DNA from: Candidatus Parcubacteria bacterium
GTDB taxonomy: Bacteria; Patescibacteriota; Minisyncoccia; JACPXH01
Direction: 5' to 3'
Assembly: GCA_016196625.1 (NCBI GenBank)
Contig: JACPXH010000004.1
Coordinates: 1,711 to 65,710 of the forward strand
DNA length: 64,000 nucleotides
Part shown: positions 58,198-64,000 of the stretch, one piece after another
Layout of the letters: each line of letters opens with the position of its first letter
How positions within the stretch are numbered: position 1 is the first letter of the stretch
The notes under the pieces: generated by a model
Told to the model about the DNA's origin: nothing
The model's input: the letters and a program-made list of their open reading frames with translations, nothing else
Databases searched by the model: none
Translations under genes and position numbers: made by a program

Positions 58198-59331
58198 TTA
58201 TAGCACGTCCGGGGCACTCCCGGGCCCAAGCGCCTGCCGGTAGACGGCGTAGGTCTGGCGCGCAGTCTGGGCCCAAGAAAATTTTTCTAGCGGAAAGTAA
58301 GCTGATCGCTCTTCGCCGGTGGCAAGCGCTCTCAGGTCGCGAGCAAACCCTACCGGATCGCGCGCATCGGTAAAGAAGGCCGCCTCGCCCAACACCTCTG
58401 GCAGTGCGGTGCCACGGTGAGCGAGCACTTTCGTGCCTGCGGCCAACGCCTCCAGTGGCGGCAGACCGAAACCCTCATAGAGAGACGGACAGACGTAAGC
58501 AACCGCCGCCTCGTAGAGTGTGCGCAGATCGCTATCCGGGACAAAACCGATAAAGTGCACTCCGCGAATACCCGCGGTTCGAACCGCCTCGGCCAGACGT
58601 TCCGAAAAGCGATCACGGCTGCCCACAAGCACAAGATCCGGCGCTGCCGGCTCCCAACTCTGCAGCACACGGTAAGCCGCCACCAGCCCAGATACGTTTT
58701 TGTGGGGGTAGCAGCTGCCAACGTACAAGAAGTATGGCCGCGCGATTGAGTAGCGTTGCAAAACCGCACTGTGCGGCTCTGGGGCGCGCGCCAAGACCGA
58801 CACGCCCTCGGGGATAACCACGGTCCGCTCGGCGACGCGAGGCCACGCCGAAACAATCTGGGATTTTGTGAAGCGCGAGACGGCAATCACTGCGCGGGCA
58901 CGGCGCACCGCAGCACTAATCACCGCATGGTAGCCGAGACGTTTGAAGAGGTATGTCGGCCACGCGCGGGTCGAAGCAGCAATGGTCGGATAACGTTTTA
59001 AGATAAGATCGTGGATCGTAACCACGTAGGGAGTACGCGAAAACATCGGTACGTTGAAATGCAAAAAATGCACGAGGTCCACTCCGGCCGTCCGGATAAG
59101 CGCAGGAAACCGAGCTTGTTCAGCAATCGAATACCACGGGAAATCGGCCAGCACCTTTCGGAAGTTCGCACACTCGGGGCGGTAGGCGTCGTAGTTGTCC
59201 CGACGCAGAAAAACTAGGAACTCGTCAGCGGGCGTACTCTCGGCCTCGAGGTGCCGCACGAGTTCGGCGGTGTACCGACCCAGCCCCCGCCCGCCGGGGC
59301 CGTAAAAACGCGCATCAATGCCGACTCTCAT
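58198..59331 (-). CDS. GT4 glycosyltransferase
   Basis: IDARF, VTIHDL, PHKN, YEGFGLPPLEA. Confidence 0.92.
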   Translation of the reverse strand: MRVGIDARFYGPGGRGLGRYTAELVRHLEAESTPADEFLVFLRRDNYDAYRPECANFRKVLADFPWYSIAEQARFPALIRTAGVDLVHFLHFNVPMFSRTPYVVTIHDLILKRYPTIAASTRAWPTYLFKRLGYHAVISAAVRRARAVIAVSRFTKSQIVSAWPRVAERTVVIPEGVSVLARAPEPHSAVLQRYSIARPYFLYVGSCYPHKNVSGLVAAYRVLQSWEPAAPDLVLVGSRDRFSERLAEAVRTAGIRGVHFIGFVPDSDLRTLYEAAVAYVCPSLYEGFGLPPLEALAAGTKVLAHRGTALPEVLGEAAFFTDARDPVGFARDLRALATGEERSAYFPLEKFSWAQTARQTYAVYRQALGPGSAPDVL

Positions 59332-60479
59332 AGGGTCTCTTCAAATACGCGAAGTGTGGCGGCGGCCGCGCGCGGCCACGAAAACTTTTTGGCTTGCGCG
59401 AGCCCCCGGCGTCGCAGCTCTTGGGCGCGGTGGCTGTCGACAAGCACCAACTCCATGGCGCACTTAAGCTCATCTTGTCGCCAGGGATCGACCATTAATG
59501 CTCCGTCCCCAACCACTTCTGGGAGCGAGGCCACATGGGAGCAGATGGTCGGCGTGCCGCACGCCATGGCTTCCAAGGGCGGAAATCCAAAGCCCTCAAA
59601 GAAACTCGGATAGACAAATACGGTCGCGGCGCTATAGAGAGCGGCCTTGTGCTCGGGGGGCACAAAACCCAGAAATCGAATCCGGCGGCGGACCGGACTT
59701 GCCCGGGCCGCGGCAAAAATTCCGCCGGCGTACCAGCCAAGCGTACCGGCCAACACGAGTTCCAGATCGCGGAACGTCTCAGGCCCAGAGCGAACGAGTG
59801 AGTCGAAGGCCCGGATGAGTCCCGACACGTTCTTGCGGGGCTCGAGTGTCCCCAAGAATAACACGAAGGGACGGGTGAGCTCGTAGCGTTTACGCACCGA
59901 GACCACTTGCGGATCAGCCGGGTCGAGCGGACGAAAATGCGAAGCTAACCCGGAATGCACCACGGCAACCTTATCCGGCGCTACGCGATAGAGATTCACT
60001 AAATCAGCCTTGGTCGAGTGAGAGACCGCAATTAGTCGTGAAGCCGCCTGCGCTTGTTGGCGCGGCTTTTGGGACCAATGCCAGAGACGTCGGCGTCTTG
60101 GAAAAAACTCCGGGTAGCGCTCAAAAGAAAGATCATGAAAGGTGATGACGCGCCTTGCGCGCGGGGAAACGGCGGCCGCCAGAAAATGCGGGCTCCACAC
60201 AATCTCCGCTCCGCCCAACCATTGATCAAGCTGGGGACGGTTCAAAAACGTGGAGCTTATCGCAAAGAGCCGATTTGGCACCGAGCCTATCCGGAGTGAG
60301 AGCTTAGGATGTCCGGAGAGTTCCCGGGGTACCGGAGCCCGCCGCCAAGCGTTGTAGAAACCCGTGATGGCCGGACCGTCGGGCAGTGCCAAAAGTGCTT
60401 GCAATAGTTCGAGCGTATACTCTTCGACCCCGGTTAGGGTGCCTCGAACCAGCACCCGTAAATCAACCCCTAACCGCAT
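59328..60479 (-). CDS. GT4 glycosyltransferase
   Basis: TGVEEY, TFHDL, GTLEPRKN, FEGFGFPPLEAMACG. Confidence 0.92.
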   Translation of the reverse strand: MRLGVDLRVLVRGTLTGVEEYTLELLQALLALPDGPAITGFYNAWRRAPVPRELSGHPKLSLRIGSVPNRLFAISSTFLNRPQLDQWLGGAEIVWSPHFLAAAVSPRARRVITFHDLSFERYPEFFPRRRRLWHWSQKPRQQAQAASRLIAVSHSTKADLVNLYRVAPDKVAVVHSGLASHFRPLDPADPQVVSVRKRYELTRPFVLFLGTLEPRKNVSGLIRAFDSLVRSGPETFRDLELVLAGTLGWYAGGIFAAARASPVRRRIRFLGFVPPEHKAALYSAATVFVYPSFFEGFGFPPLEAMACGTPTICSHVASLPEVVGDGALMVDPWRQDELKCAMELVLVDSHRAQELRRRGLAQAKKFSWPRAAAATLRVFEETL

Positions 60480-61032
60480 GCTCGTGCCAAAATCGTAGGC
60501 CGACCGCAACGAGAACGCCGGCCGCAAAACCAAATATTACGTTGCGCAGAATCCGACGGGGGGTAGCGGCGCTAGTAACCGGACTGGCCACGAACCGAAC
60601 AGCAGTCTCCGGACTCACGCGTTCACCGAGGACGGCGGCCGTCGCACCCGCGAGCGCGGGCCCGGCGCGAGCATCCGTGGAGAGCGCGCGCACGGCCACC
60701 CCTCCCCCAACTAGTTCAGTGCTCCAACCTGATTCGTACGCAAAGGGGCGCGGCTCGATTGGACGCACACGAGCTTGAGCGTAGATTTCGGCGACAGTTA
60801 TGGGACTACGCAGAAATTCCCTGGCGCGACGCGCCAATTCACCCGTGAGTTGCACGGCAAAATATGCCGTCTCGAGTGTGGCGGGTGCTTCGGCCGCGGG
60901 CAGCGCTATGGTAAGCGAGAACGCATGCGTATACCGAGCCGGCAAATTCATAGACACCACCCCAGCAGTCGCCGCGGCCACAAGACCGAGCGCCAACGAG
61001 AACCAAACGAGGCTCGTGAACTTATACTTCAT
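60463..61032 (-). CDS. Wzz/chain-length-determinant-like two-TM protein
   Basis: N- and C-terminal TMs with P..Y and PR..RN motifs; sits in a polysaccharide cluster. Confidence 0.55.
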   Translation of the reverse strand: MKYKFTSLVWFSLALGLVAAATAGVVSMNLPARYTHAFSLTIALPAAEAPATLETAYFAVQLTGELARRAREFLRSPITVAEIYAQARVRPIEPRPFAYESGWSTELVGGGVAVRALSTDARAGPALAGATAAVLGERVSPETAVRFVASPVTSAATPRRILRNVIFGFAAGVLVAVGLRFWHEHAVRG

Positions 61033-62174
61033 ACTCTAGCGAACGTGGGCCGACTGGCTATTTCAATGGGTACGCGTACCCCGCGCCACTCCTGCCAAGC
61101 TCGTTCAATGAAGCGGCGCATGCGCTCCTCGAAAACTGACTCGTCAAAGGATCTCGCATGCGCGCGGATGGCGTGGGGATCAAAGTGGCTACGCTCAAGG
61201 CGCCTGACCGCCGTGATGATCGCCGCCGCTGATTGTTCTTCAAAAAAAATGCCCGTAACCCCTTCGACCACCGTCTCAAGCGCCCCGCCTCGCCGGAAGG
61301 CAGCCACTGGCCGGCCGCAGGCCATGGCTTCCACGGGTGCCAACCCGAAATCTTCCTCGCCGGGGAATATCAACGCTACCGCATGCCGGTAGAACCAGCC
61401 GAGTCGCTCGTCAGAAACCTTACCCACAAACTCGACGTTTCGCTTGGCGAGACGCCGCAAGCGCGCCATCTCCGGGCCGTCGCCGATGATTTTAAGAGGG
61501 TAGCCAAGCTCGTTGAATGCTTCAATGGCGACGTCAAAACGCTTGTAGGGCAACATGCGGCCGACCATGAGGTAAAAATTTTTAGGCGTCCCTCCCAGAC
61601 CAAACCTTTCGGTCGCCACCGGCGGGTAAATAACTGCGGCGGAACGGTTATAGAATTTTCCGATCCTCTCGGCCACGCACCTGGAATTCGCAATGAAGTA
61701 GTCCACGCGCGCCGACGCCTCCCGATCCCACAGGCGCAAGTAGTTGAGTGCAAGCGGCATGAGGCGACGCGCCAAGCGCGGCGCCGGAAATTCGGCGACG
61801 TGCTTATGAGTATCGAGCCACAGGTAGCGCGTGGGCGTGTGACAGTAGTTCAAATGCAGGGTGGTGGGTTTCGTGATGATGCCCTTGGCGAAACTGGCCG
61901 AATCGGAGATCACGAGATCATATTCGGCAAAGCTGAACGTTTCGATGGCCATCGGCATCGCGAGTAAAAACAGCCGGTGGTGCCGGCGGGCAAACGGCCA
62001 ACGCTGCAGGAAGCTGGTCCGGATGGTGCGCCCCCGGAAAGCTCGACCGGTGAGCTCGTCGTCGTAGACGAGCGTATAGATGGGGGCGGCCGGGAACATG
62101 CGGGCGAGCACGCCGAGCACGCGTTCAGCGCCGGCGAACTGATTCAAGTAGTCGTGGACGAGAGCAACGCGCAT
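61029..62174 (-). CDS. GT4 glycosyltransferase
   Basis: VHDYL..AGAERV, YCHTPTRY, EEDFGLAPVEAMACG. Confidence 0.92.
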   Translation of the reverse strand: MRVALVHDYLNQFAGAERVLGVLARMFPAAPIYTLVYDDELTGRAFRGRTIRTSFLQRWPFARRHHRLFLLAMPMAIETFSFAEYDLVISDSASFAKGIITKPTTLHLNYCHTPTRYLWLDTHKHVAEFPAPRLARRLMPLALNYLRLWDREASARVDYFIANSRCVAERIGKFYNRSAAVIYPPVATERFGLGGTPKNFYLMVGRMLPYKRFDVAIEAFNELGYPLKIIGDGPEMARLRRLAKRNVEFVGKVSDERLGWFYRHAVALIFPGEEDFGLAPVEAMACGRPVAAFRRGGALETVVEGVTGIFFEEQSAAAIITAVRRLERSHFDPHAIRAHARSFDESVFEERMRRFIERAWQEWRGVRVPIEIASRPTFARV

Positions 62175-62188
62175 ACCAAAATAAAATA

Positions 62189-63616
62189 TTAGTTCCTGTG
62201 TCTCCTAAAAAATATCACAAACGGCGTCTTGAATAGAATCGCAAAGTCGAGTTTCAAGGACCAATGTTCCATATAATAGATATCGAGTTTCACCTCATCT
62301 TCAAAATCGAGATCAGACCGACCGGAAATCTGGGCGAGCCCCGTCAGGCCGGGCTTCACAAAAAACACGAGCCGGTGGTGCGTGCCGTAGCGCTCCACTT
62401 CACGGGGCATGTGGGGACGCGGCCCCACGAGCGCCATGTGCCCCCGGAGCACGTTCACAAACTGCGGGAGCTCATCCAGGCTGGTGCGCTCGAGGAACCG
62501 GCCGACCGGGGTGCGCCGGGGATCGTCCATAACCTTAAAGACCGGCCCCCGGCGCTGGCTGCGTTCGGCTACGAGCTTCGCCTCGAACTCACGGGCCCAG
62601 CGCCACTGGGGGTAACGCTCGTCCGTGCAGTATTCCAGCTTCATGGTGCGAAATTTGAGCGTCTCAAAGGCGCCCCGCGGCCCCACTCGGCGGTTACGAT
62701 AGATGACCGGCCCGCCCGAATCAAGCTTGATGGCCAAAGCGATAGCCGCCATCACCGGAGCGAACAAGACAAGCCCAAAGGCCGCGCCCACAATGTCAAT
62801 GAGGCGCTTGGCAATTCTCCCCCAGCCTTCGAGGCGCGAGCGCTTTAGCTCCACCACCGGCACGCCCGCCACCGTCTCAACCGCAGCGTTCGTCGTAAGG
62901 GTCTGGAACAGGTTTGGCACGAATTTAAATGCAAGCCGCCGCTCAACAGCAAAATCAATAAGCTCAAGCACCCGCTCGCGCGGCCAGTCAGGATCGGTGA
63001 GTATGAGCTCGTCAACCCCCGGGTTGCCGATCGCCCGGTCAATCGCGACCAGATCCGGCTCGGCCAAGTGGGCGGCAATGTGGTAGCCACAGGCTGGGTC
63101 CTCGCTAATGGCCTCCACCACGCCGCGCGAGACCTCATCGCGGCCAATCACGAGAATTTTGTGCACGCCCATGTGGTAACGCACCACCAGAAATCGCCAC
63201 AGAACCCGCATGAGAAACCGCCCCAGCGTAACTGTTACCACCCCCAGCGCCCACCCGGCCAGAATGAGAAAGCGCGAATCGAAAAGCTGGCTGCTGAAAA
63301 AAATATAAAAAATTACGGCCATGATGCCGGCGGTCGAAGCAATGACAACTTTGGAAAACTCCTCGATCGGCCGTCTGGTTACTTCCGGCCGATACAGTCC
63401 CACCAGGGCAAAGGCGATGAGCCAGATGACAGCGACGCCGAGTACCAACGCGAAGAACTTCTCAAGGGGCAGTCGCGGCCCGAACAGCACCGGACCAACC
63501 ATCGCCCGACCGAACTCACTTGTCCGCAGCAGGTACACCACCACGCCGGCTGCCACCAACATAAGATAGTCAACCGGCACGAGGAGCGCGTGGAAAAGAA
63601 GTTCAGAGCGCTTCAT
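62189..63616 (-). CDS. Polyprenyl glycosylphosphotransferase (priming sugar transferase)
   Basis: KRLIDI, KFRTM, DDPRRT, SLDELPQ, KPGLTGLAQISGRSDL. Confidence 0.93.
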   Translation of the reverse strand: MKRSELLFHALLVPVDYLMLVAAGVVVYLLRTSEFGRAMVGPVLFGPRLPLEKFFALVLGVAVIWLIAFALVGLYRPEVTRRPIEEFSKVVIASTAGIMAVIFYIFFSSQLFDSRFLILAGWALGVVTVTLGRFLMRVLWRFLVVRYHMGVHKILVIGRDEVSRGVVEAISEDPACGYHIAAHLAEPDLVAIDRAIGNPGVDELILTDPDWPRERVLELIDFAVERRLAFKFVPNLFQTLTTNAAVETVAGVPVVELKRSRLEGWGRIAKRLIDIVGAAFGLVLFAPVMAAIALAIKLDSGGPVIYRNRRVGPRGAFETLKFRTMKLEYCTDERYPQWRWAREFEAKLVAERSQRRGPVFKVMDDPRRTPVGRFLERTSLDELPQFVNVLRGHMALVGPRPHMPREVERYGTHHRLVFFVKPGLTGLAQISGRSDLDFEDEVKLDIYYMEHWSLKLDFAILFKTPFVIFFRRHRN

Positions 63617-63702
63617 TGCCCGCATTCTAGGCAGATTGCCGGCGAAAAAGCAATGATAAAGCCAAACCAAAAACCCGCTACAGGAGCGGGTGTTTGGCGC
63701 CA

Positions 63703-64000
63703 AGTGGGTCTGTAAGCCGAATTCTGTAAGGCGTGCGGCCCTTCCTCCCCGCCTCAATGTGCTTGCGCCTATTGAGGGGGTTTACAGGCCGCATGCCCCG
63801 ATAGCCATTTATCTGGGATCGCAATTGCTCGCGACCTCTAGCGGCCTAACTTTTCGAATCCGCCAGCTGGCGGAAACGCTGGCCTTGCACCAGGCAGGGT
63901 TTTCCTCTTCTGGCGGTCACCCACCAGAACTGTGGGCTTTTACTTTACCCGCCGAAGCTCTGCTCTCGCAGAACTTTGGGCAGGCTATCCCGCGCGAAGG
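63703..64000 (-). ncRNA. rnpB: RNase P RNA (3' part; runs off the window end)
   Basis: Minus strand ends ACAGAATTCGGCTTACAGACCCACT; also GGTGCAAGGCC, CCGCTAGAGG and CCCAGATAAATG conserved blocks. Confidence 0.9.

Overview
Chromosomal window (about 55-60% GC by eye) from a probable Patescibacteria/CPR (Parcubacteria-like) bacterium; the taxonomy is inferred from gene content. The mostly minus-strand backbone carries a partial large surface protein, rfbA/rfbB, glycosyltransferases and two priming sugar transferases, clpB (with a CIRCE-like operator), an HtrA protease, dinB, nth, pyrF/pyrE, a sortase plus an LPxTG-type DUF11 surface protein, obgE, ftsEX, frameshifted prfB, lepA, murJ, three tRNAs and the 3' part of RNase P RNA. 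The stand-out locus is 15.8-17.8 kb. It has a retron-like reverse transcriptase with a non-canonical YADA motif and no adjacent effector gene. Two paralogous structured ncRNA units precede it, each with its own promoter, terminal inverted repeat, shared ~53-nt core and terminator-like hairpin, but different flanking domains. The locus is divergent from dinB across a GAAC-N4-GTTC (LexA-type) box. The window also holds a family of 150-240-bp fold-back repeats with an interchangeable internal hairpin, and small palindromes inserted in-frame into genes, into rnpB and into a tRNA remnant. All calls come from reading motifs by eye; no database searches or folding programs were run.
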